Shown piece after piece: positions 36,793 through 46,065 of a stretch of 64,000 nt of DNA. Position numbers and translations under genes: made by a program. Within the stretch, counting starts at the first letter, position 1. Every line of letters starts with the position of its first letter. This DNA is from an uncultured Methanosarcinales archaeon (GTDB lineage: Archaea > Nanobdellota > Nanobdellia > Woesearchaeales > CAIVOO01): NCBI GenBank assembly GCA_964485195.1, contig CAZAIK010000004.1, forward strand, positions 33,673 to 97,672, written 5' to 3'. Under the pieces are notes generated by a model. It worked only from the letters and a program-made list of their open reading frames with translations, had not been told where the DNA came from and made no database searches.

Positions 36793-37722
36793 ATGAACAT
36801 CTTCACAAAGGGGGAGCAGCCGGACATCAAGGATTATGTCGGTGAATTTGTCATCGTTCTTGGCAAGAGGGGCTCCGGAAAGTCAAATGTTCTTACAGTT
36901 GTTGCCGAGGAATTGCTGAAGCAAAAAGTGAGCATGTCAGTGCTTGACCTTGAGGACGAGTTCGGAGGTTTGATAGAGGAAAAGGCTGTTTCTTCCCCAA
37001 AGGCGGATGTCAAGAAGATTGCAAAAGACACCATTATGAAAAACAGCCCGGTCCGGTTTGATTTAAGTGATATGGACGAGAATGAAATGCAGGAATTCCT
37101 TGCAGACTACCTTAACGCCCTCTGGGATGTTGAGAAAGCTCAGAGGGTTCCTCACTGCATAGTTATCGACGAGCTGTGGACATTCGCTCCCCAGTCATCC
37201 AAGAAAACAGGGCTGGCAAGGATATTCCAGAAGATTGCCCTGAGAGGGAGGAAGTACGGCCTGTTCGTCCTGGCAGCCTCGCAAAGAAGCTCTAACATAA
37301 ACAAGGACATAATAACACAGGCGGGAATTTATTTTCTTACAAAAGTGACCCATCCTGCTGACCTGAAGGTTTACAGGGAAATAATAGGGGACAGGAAGAT
37401 TGTTGACGAGGTTCCCAAACTGCAGGTGGGTGAATGCATTTATGTTGAAGGGGACCAGAAGCTGAAGAGGAAGGCGAGGCTTGCTGAGACAGAGCTGGGA
37501 GGCAAAACCCCGACGCTTGAAAAGTCAAAGCCGGCGGGAGAGCCGCATAAAAAAACAAAGAAGAAGAGTCAAAACAAAATGATATTCCCCCTGGTGCTGG
37601 GCCTGGTATTCATTGCGGCAACAGTCATCTCTGCCTTTTTCATAGGCATTTTTGCCGTAATGGTGGCAATTGCCCTGGCAATAATATTCTTCAATGTTGT
37701 TTACCGCAAGAAGAGTAAATAA
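36793..37722 (+). CDS. FtsK/HerA-superfamily P-loop ATPase (DUF87-like) with a C-terminal transmembrane anchor.
   Basis: Walker A VIVLGKRGSGKSNVL, Walker B HCIVIDELW, and a C-terminal hydrophobic helix. Confidence 0.5.
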   Translation: MNIFTKGEQPDIKDYVGEFVIVLGKRGSGKSNVLTVVAEELLKQKVSMSVLDLEDEFGGLIEEKAVSSPKADVKKIAKDTIMKNSPVRFDLSDMDENEMQEFLADYLNALWDVEKAQRVPHCIVIDELWTFAPQSSKKTGLARIFQKIALRGRKYGLFVLAASQRSSNINKDIITQAGIYFLTKVTHPADLKVYREIIGDRKIVDEVPKLQVGECIYVEGDQKLKRKARLAETELGGKTPTLEKSKPAGEPHKKTKKKSQNKMIFPLVLGLVFIAATVISAFFIGIFAVMVAIALAIIFFNVVYRKKSK

Positions 37723-37761
37723 TACACAATATTTAAATATTAATAGGCAGGAGTATCTGTT

Positions 37762-38001
37762 ATGGCTGAGAAAACCAAGGAGAAAAAGATTACCAAGGAA
37801 ACCATAATAGCAGACGCTGTTGAAATCAATCCCGACGCTCCCAAGGTTATGTTCAAGTACGGGCTGCACTGCATTGGATGCCACGTTGCATTGTGGGAAA
37901 CCATAGAGCAGGGATGCAAGGGCCACGGAATGAGCGACGAAGACGTGGAAAAGCTGGTAAAGGAGCTGAATCAAAAGCCGAAACCTGAAAGCAAACCCTG
38001 A
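37762..38001 (+). CDS. DUF1858-like redox-disulfide domain protein (hybrid-cluster-protein-associated type).
   Basis: TIIADAVEINPDAPKVMFKYGLHCIGCHVA matches the DUF1858 pattern, including a CxxC. Confidence 0.55.
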   Translation: MAEKTKEKKITKETIIADAVEINPDAPKVMFKYGLHCIGCHVALWETIEQGCKGHGMSDEDVEKLVKELNQKPKPESKP

Positions 38002-38042
38002 GAAACTAAAATTTTATAAAGTCCAATGTCAAAAGCAAGAAG

Positions 38043-38270
38043 ATGCCAGTGCTTACAAAACCATCAATGCACATTCTTGAGGGAGCGTCCTTGCTAGTGG
38101 GGGTTGTGGCATTGCTTACCAGCATACTTTATTTCCTTGACTCATACGGATTCATAAACATTGCCTATGAGATATCGCAGGAAACCTTAATGCTCTTTTT
38201 TGCTTTAATGACCCTGATTTCGGGCATAGTGTTGATAGCCTCAACAATTGGAATGATAGGGCTAAAATGA
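38043..38270 (+). CDS. Small two-TM membrane protein.
   Basis: Two hydrophobic helices in 75 aa. Confidence 0.35.
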   Translation: MPVLTKPSMHILEGASLLVGVVALLTSILYFLDSYGFINIAYEISQETLMLFFALMTLISGIVLIASTIGMIGLK

Positions 38271-38800
38271 AAAAGACAATCATTGCGTTAATCGCAGTAC
38301 TGCTTCTTCCTGTCACTTTCGCAGGGGACGAGCAGATCTTCAAGGGAGATGAATGGCTGGCTGTTGATGACAATGAAGTTCACAGGATAAAATTAATTGA
38401 CGTGACCAGCAGCGGGGACGCCTGCGGAATAGAAGTTGACGGGGAAACACACTGGATTGATGTCGGAGCTGACGCACGAATTAACGGGGTTTACATAAAA
38501 GTTTTTGACGCTTACCCTGTGCATTCCCAGACACAGGACAACGATGCCTGCGAGATTTTCATTTCAGGCAGCCTGACAAAGGAATACAGGACTCCTTTTA
38601 TCGCTGAAGTTGATGACGAGCCAGAGGAGGATATGCCTGAGGAAGAGGAAGAAATCAATATCACCGAGCCTGTAATAAGCGCGGAAGAGAATGTAACAGG
38701 AACTGAAGTCAATGCAACATTTGACAATGTTCAGGAAGGGAAAAAGCCCTCCTTGTGGGAGTGGATTAAAGGATTGTTAAGGGCTCTGTTTGGAAAGTAA
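38267..38800 (+). CDS. Secreted acidic protein carrying a two-Cys domain paralogous to a domain of the large surface protein at 56999.
   Basis: Signal peptide. VHRIKLIDVTSSGDACGIEVDGETHWIDV...INGVYIKVFDAYPVHSQTQDNDACEI aligns with residues around 250-320 of the 808-aa protein. Confidence 0.55.
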   Translation: MKKTIIALIAVLLLPVTFAGDEQIFKGDEWLAVDDNEVHRIKLIDVTSSGDACGIEVDGETHWIDVGADARINGVYIKVFDAYPVHSQTQDNDACEIFISGSLTKEYRTPFIAEVDDEPEEDMPEEEEEINITEPVISAEENVTGTEVNATFDNVQEGKKPSLWEWIKGLLRALFGK

Positions 38801-39103
38801 AAATTCTTTTTAGTCTCGCATTAACCTTGCTGCTCATCAGCTTCTTTTGCCCCATTGCCACGCAAGAATAAATATTTAATTGCCGAAGGCAATTTAAGGC
38901 AACCCTGGCAGTAAAGGCAGGTTCAAAAAAACCGGGAGCCTGGTTAAGAGTTGCCTTATTTTAGCTTTTGTTTTTCCTTTTCTAAACTATCAAATACAAA
39001 ACCACAACCTTTAAAAACACCCTTTCTTTCTTTTGTTCCACAATGAGAATTGGTGGTTGTATTCATCACTAGAACTTCTGATTTTGATAGTTTTAACTCT
39101 TAT

Positions 39104-39190
39104 GGCGGTAATAGTTTAGTGGCAGAATACAGGACTGTGGCAGAATACTGCGGAAATCCTGTGGCCCGGGTTCGATTCCCGGTTACCGCC
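39104..39190 (+). tRNA. tRNA-His (anticodon GUG) with a genome-encoded G-1, a C73 discriminator, and a 15-nt intron (39141..39155).
   Basis: Hand-folded. Acceptor GCGGTAA/TTACCGC, G-1 at 39104 pairs with C73. Anticodon stem CAGGA/TCCTG, loop CTGTGG|A. T-arm CCGGG-TTCGATT-CCCGG. Confidence 0.7.
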
Positions 39191-39206
39191 CTGTCATATT
39201 TTATAG

Positions 39207-39530
39207 GTGGAAAAAATGGATATTAAGGAATTTCAGGACAGAGTATTGAAAGTATTTTCTGAAATGGATAAGGTGCCCAATAGAAAGGAGCACACGAAAC
39301 AAAGTGCATTGATCCATTTAATGGAGGAAATAGGGGAGATAGCAAGACAAGTAACAAGCGAGTATCACAGGCCTGAAAAATTCAATAGAGAGAATTTAGG
39401 CACTGAAATTGCAGATGTTTTGATGTTCATTGTTGTCCTGGCAGAAATGTATCAGATTGATCTTTCAAAAGAGATGCAGGAAAGCATTAAAAGAGTTGAG
39501 AACAAAATAAAAGAATTAAACACAGAATAA
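39207..39530 (+). CDS. MazG-like nucleotide pyrophosphohydrolase.
   Basis: EE-x-GE and E-x-x-D motifs (LMEEIGEIARQ, EIADVLMFIVVLAEM). Confidence 0.6.
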   Translation: MEKMDIKEFQDRVLKVFSEMDKVPNRKEHTKQSALIHLMEEIGEIARQVTSEYHRPEKFNRENLGTEIADVLMFIVVLAEMYQIDLSKEMQESIKRVENKIKELNTE

Positions 39531-39531
39531 A

Positions 39532-40794
39532 ATGACTGAATTAACACCAAAAGGGATGAGGGACTTTTTGCCTGAAGAGAAGATAATCAGGGCCAGGATA
39601 GTTGAGACCCTGAAGGAAATGTTTGAAAGGTATGGCTTTAATCCCCTGGAAACACCTGCCCTGGAAAGACTGGAGGTTCTCACCTCAAAATATGCAGGAG
39701 GAGAGGAAATCCTTAAGGAAATTTTCAAGCTGAAGGACCAGGGCGGAAGGGAACTGGGATTGAGATATGACTTAACAGTTCCGCTTGCAAGGGTAATGGC
39801 GATGAATCCCGAGCTCAAGATGCCTTTCAAGAGGTATCAGATTGGAAAGGTATGGCGGGACGGCCCCATAAAGCTGGGAAGGTACAGGGAATTCTGGCAG
39901 GCAGATGTCGACATTGTCGGATGCAGGTCGGTGAAGGCAGATGCGGAAATACTTGCCCTTGCAAACTCTGTTTTCAACGCTCTCGGGCTTGACGTTGTCA
40001 TTCAGGTCAATAACAGGAAGCTCTTGAACAGGATAATTGAATATTGCGATGCCAAGGGAAAAGAGGAGGATGTTATTCTTTCCCTTGACAAGCTTGAAAA
40101 GATTGGGGAGAAAGGAGTAAAAAAGGAACTGGAAGAGAAAGGGATTGATAAGAAAACAATTGAAAAAATAATGAAAACAATCTCCATTGAAAACCTGGAC
40201 GAGCTGGAAAAGCAAATAGGAAAGTGCGAAGGCATTAATGAATTAAGGGAATTGTCGGGATTAACAAACTTGTTTGGGGCTGAAATAAAAATAACCCCTA
40301 CACTTGCGAGAGGTTTGAGTTATTACACCGGCCCTGTTTATGAGGTTTTCCTGAAGGAAGGAGAAATCAAGTCTTCCCTTGCCGGCGGGGGGCGCTATGA
40401 CAAAATGATTGCACAGCTGATAAGGAAGAAGGAGGATGTTCCTGCAGCAGGAATAAGCTTTGGCATTGACGTAATCTCCGAAGCTATCAAGCTGGAGAAA
40501 AAAATGAAATTAAGTAAAAGTGTTGCTGATGTCTATGTTGTCCCGATAGGTGACGTGATGGAAAAGGCAGTTTCCTTATTGCAGGTCTTGAGAAGAAATG
40601 GGGTCAAGGCTGACATTGACCTTATGGAGAGGGGCATTTCCAAAAATCTTAGTTATGCGAATTCATATGGTATTCCTTTTGTGATTTTTCTCGGGCAGAA
40701 GGAGGTGGGGCAGAACAAGGTCAAATTGAGGGACATGGAGAAGGGGGAGGAAAAGCTGTTAAGTGCTGATGAAGTTATGAAGATTTTACGATGA
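39532..40794 (+). CDS. hisS: Histidyl-tRNA synthetase.
   Basis: TPKGMRDFLPEE motif 1 region, class II core, GGGRYD motif 3. Confidence 0.9.
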   Translation: MTELTPKGMRDFLPEEKIIRARIVETLKEMFERYGFNPLETPALERLEVLTSKYAGGEEILKEIFKLKDQGGRELGLRYDLTVPLARVMAMNPELKMPFKRYQIGKVWRDGPIKLGRYREFWQADVDIVGCRSVKADAEILALANSVFNALGLDVVIQVNNRKLLNRIIEYCDAKGKEEDVILSLDKLEKIGEKGVKKELEEKGIDKKTIEKIMKTISIENLDELEKQIGKCEGINELRELSGLTNLFGAEIKITPTLARGLSYYTGPVYEVFLKEGEIKSSLAGGGRYDKMIAQLIRKKEDVPAAGISFGIDVISEAIKLEKKMKLSKSVADVYVVPIGDVMEKAVSLLQVLRRNGVKADIDLMERGISKNLSYANSYGIPFVIFLGQKEVGQNKVKLRDMEKGEEKLLSADEVMKILR

Positions 40795-41192
40795 ATGAAA
40801 CTGAGAAAATAGTTGATGTTCTTGAGAAAGTCGTTTCAGGCGGCAAGGTTTTTGAAAGGACAGGCAGCTGGGTCATAGACAATCTTGCAAGCAGCAATCT
40901 TGTCGGCGTTATTTACGGGAAAAGGGCAGCTTCATACGCATTTGAGATAAGGAAAAGCAGGGAAGCTGTAACATTTTACAATTACCACAGGAGGGCTGTT
41001 AAGGGCAAGGGCACGGAATCACTGAAACTGCTGGAATACTTTCTCGGGCTCTTGGCCAAAAGGATTGGAAAGCCGATAATCCTTGAGTTTCCAAAGCTGG
41101 GCCAGGAGGAAACAGCCAAATGGCTCAGGAAGAACGGCTATAGAGAGGTTTCTGGAAAGGCGGGGGAGGTGTTCGTGAAGGAGGTAAAATGA
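40791..41192 (+). CDS. Putative GNAT-like small protein.
   Basis: Weak match to GNAT motif A (VKGKGTESLKLLEYFLGLLAKRIG). Overlaps the hisS stop. Confidence 0.35.
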   Translation: MNETEKIVDVLEKVVSGGKVFERTGSWVIDNLASSNLVGVIYGKRAASYAFEIRKSREAVTFYNYHRRAVKGKGTESLKLLEYFLGLLAKRIGKPIILEFPKLGQEETAKWLRKNGYREVSGKAGEVFVKEVK

Positions 41193-41307
41193 GTTTGTAT
41201 TTATTTCTCTATTGAAATAAACTAAATATTAACTGCTGTTAAGTGGTAAAAAACGAAACCTTTATATACAACTTCTTCTTACTTTTAACCATCATATGGT
41301 GGTAAAA

Positions 41308-41805
41308 ATGCAGAAAATACTGGTTTTGGTGTTCATATTGGCTGTATTCTCACTGGGATGGCTTAGCAGCAGCATGTACGCAGTTGCCTCAGCCTCTGAA
41401 ACACCAGTAAGAGAGCCTTTTGGCCAGCCACAGTCTGTGATGAAAACCCCATCAGACAGGGTTTCAGAAGACAGAATACACGTCTTCAGCGACAGGATAG
41501 TCCTTGACATCCAGAATGCCTCGTGGTCAGTGTTCACCCCCACACGCTCCATGGAGCCATTGATAAGCGAGAAAGCCAACGGCATAGAGCTAAAGCCAAG
41601 AACCCCTTCTGAACTGAAGATTGGAGACATAATATCCTACAAGTCACGCTTCACATCAGGCCTCGTAATCCACAGGATAACGGATGTGGGCTATGACGAA
41701 AACGGCTGGTATGCCATAGTGAAAGGGGACAACAACCCAGAGCAGGACCCCGGCAAGGTAAGGTTTGACCAGGTAAACGGAGTGCTGATTGGGATAATCT
41801 ATTAA
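41308..41805 (+). CDS. Signal peptidase I, archaeal Sec11 type.
   Basis: N-terminal TM helix; RSMEPLI with the catalytic Ser; a VKGDNN box. Confidence 0.75.
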   Translation: MQKILVLVFILAVFSLGWLSSSMYAVASASETPVREPFGQPQSVMKTPSDRVSEDRIHVFSDRIVLDIQNASWSVFTPTRSMEPLISEKANGIELKPRTPSELKIGDIISYKSRFTSGLVIHRITDVGYDENGWYAIVKGDNNPEQDPGKVRFDQVNGVLIGIIY

Positions 41806-41828
41806 CCCTTTTGATGTTGTAATCTAAA

Positions 41829-42959
41829 ATGTCACTTACAGAAAAACTTTACAGAAACCAGGATAAAGAATTTCTTGACAAGGCGTGGGAGGAATTCCTG
41901 TTTTTCCACCCAAAACTGAGATGGCTTAACTACAAATTTGTCAAGCAGGCCCTCGATGAAAATGATAGGAACTTTTTTGTAAACCTGATAAGAATGACAT
42001 ACTTTCCCAAACAGGAAAACGATGTTGTGGAAGAGGAATTCAGGAAAGCCATGAACAAGGGCATAAACGCAGTGAATTCCCTTTGCAATCAGCACCTGCC
42101 CAAACCGGATTTATTCCTTATTAATGAAATTCATCCTCCGCTTAACTTGTTTGAACTCGTTCATCAGGCAAGAGAGGAATGGATAGAGGGAAGAAGAAGA
42201 GACAGCAAGCACCCAAGGGATTACGCGAAAATCCTCAAGGCTTATGACAGGATACGGGCTTTCGGATTGGGATACAATGTTAAGATGCTGGAAGAATCGC
42301 CTGAAGTCCTTGATTCTATCAGGCAGTATGAAATGGTTCTGAAATGGTTTGACGAGGCACTAGGTTTTGATGGCCTGAAAGAATGCGGCCTGGAGACATT
42401 TTGCAACACCTGGAACACCCGGGCAGGAGTGGATGTTTACGGAGCTGAAGTGCCAATGAAATCAAGGCTGAAAATCCTGGACAATGACAACAACCTGAAA
42501 TATGATTCTTTGATGATGAAAATGTATCTTAAGAGAGCCTTCCCGAATATTATGACAGACCACACAGGGGCTGAATTCATAGTTGAAGATGACACTGCAA
42601 GGAAACAGCTAATCAACTACCTGCAAAACCAGCTAAGGATAACAGGCAGGATAGAGTCATTCAAAAAACAGGGAAGGGGAAAGAAAAGCAAAAAAACAAG
42701 CGAACATTCAAGCTCTGATTTCGGTGTTGTGAAATTTGTCCTGCGCCCTCCCATTGAGGTGGAGCCGATCGCAGGCTACGACCTCGGCTCAAAAGTGTAT
42801 GAAAGGGTGCCTGTTGAAGTGCAGGTCTTAACGCTTGAAGACGACAAAATCAGGAGAATGCATCCCGACGTAAAGCACGATGCGTACAAGAAGAAGCAGT
42901 TATCAAGGCTTTTCCCGCTAATATTCCCTGAACAGATTTACAAGCACTTGCTGGACTAA
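41829..42959 (+). CDS. Hypothetical protein. The C-terminal region weakly resembles a nucleotidyltransferase / RelA-SpoT-like synthetase.
   Basis: 376-aa ORF. Motif order GRIESFKK ... DFGVVKFVL ... GYDLGSKV ... EVQVLT ... H-x-x-YKKK parallels the RSH synthetase motifs. This is not confirmed. Confidence 0.4.
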   Translation: MSLTEKLYRNQDKEFLDKAWEEFLFFHPKLRWLNYKFVKQALDENDRNFFVNLIRMTYFPKQENDVVEEEFRKAMNKGINAVNSLCNQHLPKPDLFLINEIHPPLNLFELVHQAREEWIEGRRRDSKHPRDYAKILKAYDRIRAFGLGYNVKMLEESPEVLDSIRQYEMVLKWFDEALGFDGLKECGLETFCNTWNTRAGVDVYGAEVPMKSRLKILDNDNNLKYDSLMMKMYLKRAFPNIMTDHTGAEFIVEDDTARKQLINYLQNQLRITGRIESFKKQGRGKKSKKTSEHSSSDFGVVKFVLRPPIEVEPIAGYDLGSKVYERVPVEVQVLTLEDDKIRRMHPDVKHDAYKKKQLSRLFPLIFPEQIYKHLLD

Positions 42960-43032
42960 ATCTTTATAAATAATGAATATCTTTCTGTTTTAAGAGGGCG
43001 AACGGCCCAAGCGTTCTTGGGGGAGGATTAGA

Positions 43033-43965
43033 ATGGGAAGTGATGATTTTGAAAAGGGAGCCAACCTTATGCCTAAAAGTTCTTCAGTCAGTGAAAGAGA
43101 TTACGCGATCATTGTGAATGGCCAGCCGGGCAAGATGGCAAAAATAATCGCCCAGGCTGTCTTGCCCTTATGGAGGGATACTTCTTCAGGAAGAAAAATT
43201 GGACTTTTAGGCGCGTCAATGACCGGGCAGGGAATGGGGGCATCTTACAGTTTGGAACCGAAAAATGCAGGCTTTAAGTGCTTTAAGATAACCTTAGTCC
43301 CTCCTGAAGAACACGACAGTTTCTTGAAAGAAATGAAGGAGCAAAGGCCAAATGAGCAAATCATAGCAATAGACTTTGTAAAAGGAGATGGGCAGGCGGA
43401 CAGGAATGCCCAATTGTATTTTGAAAACAAAATCCCCTTTGTGATGGGAAGCACAGGGGCAGATTATGAGGCGATGGACAAATTGGCAAGAGAGGCAGGA
43501 ATTCCCTGCCTTGGATTTCCAAACATGGACATGAGGCTGGGCGCGTGGATGTACGGAGTCCAGCAGATGGCAGAGAGATTCCCAGGGGCGTTTGAAGGGG
43601 CAACAGTGAAGATATGGGAAAGCCATCAGGCAGGCAAGGCAGACACAAGCGGGACAGCAAAGGCGATGCTAAACCAATTCGGGGAATTGTCAAGAACTGA
43701 ACTGACAATTGATGACATTGCAGTCATAAGAGACCCAAAATTCCAGGAAGCTGTGTTGGGTGTTCCAAAGGATTTTTTGGGATGGCACGCATATCACAAC
43801 ATAGAAGTCAGGGACAATGACGGCAATTCAGAAAGGCTGGCTTTCAAAAGGCACGGAGGGGCAAGCTATGCAAGAGGCACATTAAAAGCCCTTGACTTTT
43901 TGATTGACGTGATTGAAAACAAGGGGGAAGCGAAAAGATACACAATGTTTGACACTTTTCTCTGA
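43033..43965 (+). CDS. dapB: 4-hydroxy-tetrahydrodipicolinate reductase.
   Basis: N-terminal NAD site (YAIIVNGQPGKMAKII) and the catalytic motif IWESHQAGKADTSGTAKAM (E-x-HH-x-x-K-x-D-x-SGTA). Confidence 0.75.
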   Translation: MGSDDFEKGANLMPKSSSVSERDYAIIVNGQPGKMAKIIAQAVLPLWRDTSSGRKIGLLGASMTGQGMGASYSLEPKNAGFKCFKITLVPPEEHDSFLKEMKEQRPNEQIIAIDFVKGDGQADRNAQLYFENKIPFVMGSTGADYEAMDKLAREAGIPCLGFPNMDMRLGAWMYGVQQMAERFPGAFEGATVKIWESHQAGKADTSGTAKAMLNQFGELSRTELTIDDIAVIRDPKFQEAVLGVPKDFLGWHAYHNIEVRDNDGNSERLAFKRHGGASYARGTLKALDFLIDVIENKGEAKRYTMFDTFL

Positions 43966-44014
43966 TTTTTTTATTTATTAGAGAAGATTTTAAATAAAAA
44001 AGTATTTTTATAAT

Positions 44015-45124
44015 ATGATAATGAATGATAGAATAAATATTTCAGACGGATCTGCTAAACATTTTCTGGCAAGAGCTAGCAATATATCAGAAAAGGCAGC
44101 ATCGCTAATTGAGGAAAAATTTCGACAGTTTCTTTCCAAGTCAAAAGAAAGGGAAATATTCAGAAGAAAGTATGGATTTGCTCCCTTAAACATAACTATT
44201 TCACCTACTTATTGGTGCAATCTTTCTTGTTCAGACTGCTATTCTAACAGCTTAAAAGAAAATTCCGGAGTACTAAGCCATGACATTACTGATAGAATAA
44301 TAAAAGAAGCCAGTGAAAAATGGGCAGTTCCTTTTTTTACACTAACTGGAGGAGAGCCATTACTTTATGCAATTGAAAGTGCTAAAAGACACAAAGACGC
44401 TCTTTTTCAGGTTTATACAAATGGGACATTGATAAATCGTGAGGTGGCGGATAACCTTTCTGACCTAGGAAATATCTTTCCTTTGATAAGCATTGAAGGT
44501 TTTAAAGATGAAACAAACGGGATTCGAGGGGAAGGAGCTTATGACAGAACAATGAAAGCAATGGAATTGCTCACAAAAACCAAGGTTCTTTGGGGTATTT
44601 CTTTTACACTCACTTCGCAAAACGCAAATGTTTATGATACTGATGACTTTTTAAGCATGGTAATTGGCAAAGGCGCATTACTGGGCAGGTTTCTTACTTA
44701 TATGCCGGTTGGAAGAAACGCGGATTTTAGAAAAGTTCCTTCCACTGAACAAAGGAAGAGACAAGGAGATGCTTTAAGAAAATTCAACAGGGACTTTTAT
44801 ACAATTGATTATTTGAATAATCCTGACTTAGTTGAAGGCTGCGCCGCCGCGGGTTTAAGATATGTTCACGTAGACCCTTCAGGAGCTGTTCATCCTTGCG
44901 TTTTTATCCCTGTTCCAGCTCAATTCAATCTCGTTGGTGCTTACGAGGGAGCTTATGAAAATTTACAGATAAATTGTTTGGAAGATATTCTGGTGAAAGA
45001 CCCGCTACTGCAAATGACACGTAACATAGCCAAAAAAAGGCCAAAAGATAGCTGCTGTTTAGTGATAGATGGTCCTGACGAGTTCAAAACACTAAAAGAG
45101 TGCGATTTTTCTCTTAATGTATAA
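44015..45124 (+). CDS. Radical SAM enzyme with a C-terminal Cys-rich (SPASM/twitch-like) region.
   Basis: YWCNLSCSDCY is a CX3CX2C motif; GGEPLL follows; the C-terminus has Cys at GCAAAG, HPCVF, INCLED and DSCC. Confidence 0.65.
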   Translation: MIMNDRINISDGSAKHFLARASNISEKAASLIEEKFRQFLSKSKEREIFRRKYGFAPLNITISPTYWCNLSCSDCYSNSLKENSGVLSHDITDRIIKEASEKWAVPFFTLTGGEPLLYAIESAKRHKDALFQVYTNGTLINREVADNLSDLGNIFPLISIEGFKDETNGIRGEGAYDRTMKAMELLTKTKVLWGISFTLTSQNANVYDTDDFLSMVIGKGALLGRFLTYMPVGRNADFRKVPSTEQRKRQGDALRKFNRDFYTIDYLNNPDLVEGCAAAGLRYVHVDPSGAVHPCVFIPVPAQFNLVGAYEGAYENLQINCLEDILVKDPLLQMTRNIAKKRPKDSCCLVIDGPDEFKTLKECDFSLNV

Positions 45125-45180
45125 ACAATCCACGCAAAGCTTTTTAAATGAACCTTTTTTTAACAATTCAGGGGGTTAAA

Positions 45181-46065
45181 ATGGCTTCTTTAGAGGACTG
45201 GAAAAAGGCCGGGAAAATAGCTGCAGAAGCTCTGGAATACGGAAGGTCCCTTGTGGGGAAAGGCGTGTATCTCAAGTCTGTTGCTGACAGGATTGAGGAG
45301 AGGATAAGGGACAAGGGCGCGATTCCCGCTTTTCCCGTGAACATCTCCTGCAATGAAATAGCTGCCCATTACACCCCTGACCCGAATGACGAGACAAAGT
45401 TCGGCGATGATTTAGTGAAAATAGACGTGGGCGTATGCTACAACGGCGCAATAGGAGACACAGCATTGACTGTTGACCTGTCAGGAAAATATTCAGAAAT
45501 GGTCAAGGCTGTTGAGGAAGCCCTGCAAAAAGCAATTGAGACAATAAAGCCCGGAGTGAAGCTTTCCGAGATAGGAGCGGCCATAGAAAAAACAATAAAA
45601 AAGCACGGGTTTGTTCCGATACAGAACCTGTCAGGCCACGGCCTGGACGATTTTAACATTCACACGAAATTCTCAATACCCAACATTGACAACGGCGACG
45701 AGAGGGTTTTGCAAAAGGGCGATTTTATAGCAATTGAGCCATTCGCAACCTTGAAAGGAGGCGAGGGAAGGGTGGTGGAAGGCCCCAAGACAGAGATTTT
45801 CAGCCTGGTAAACAGGAAAGCAGTCAGGAACCAGACCGCAAGAAAAATACTCCAGCAGATTGAGCAGTACAAGACACTGCCCGTTGCCACGAGATACTTC
45901 AACTTTCCCAAGTTCCAGATGGATTTGGCATTGAGGGAGATGGACAGGCTGGGAGTGATAAAGCTTTATCCCATACTCACAGAACGCTCAAAAAATCCGG
46001 TTGCGCAGGCAGAGCACTCCTTGTACGTTGATGACGAGCCGATTATACTGACAAAAGCTGATTAA
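45181..46065 (+). CDS. map: Methionine aminopeptidase, type 2.
   Basis: ASLEDWKKAGKIAAEAL and the metal ligands (D...D...H...E...E pattern) of archaeal MetAP. Confidence 0.85.
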   Translation: MASLEDWKKAGKIAAEALEYGRSLVGKGVYLKSVADRIEERIRDKGAIPAFPVNISCNEIAAHYTPDPNDETKFGDDLVKIDVGVCYNGAIGDTALTVDLSGKYSEMVKAVEEALQKAIETIKPGVKLSEIGAAIEKTIKKHGFVPIQNLSGHGLDDFNIHTKFSIPNIDNGDERVLQKGDFIAIEPFATLKGGEGRVVEGPKTEIFSLVNRKAVRNQTARKILQQIEQYKTLPVATRYFNFPKFQMDLALREMDRLGVIKLYPILTERSKNPVAQAEHSLYVDDEPIILTKAD

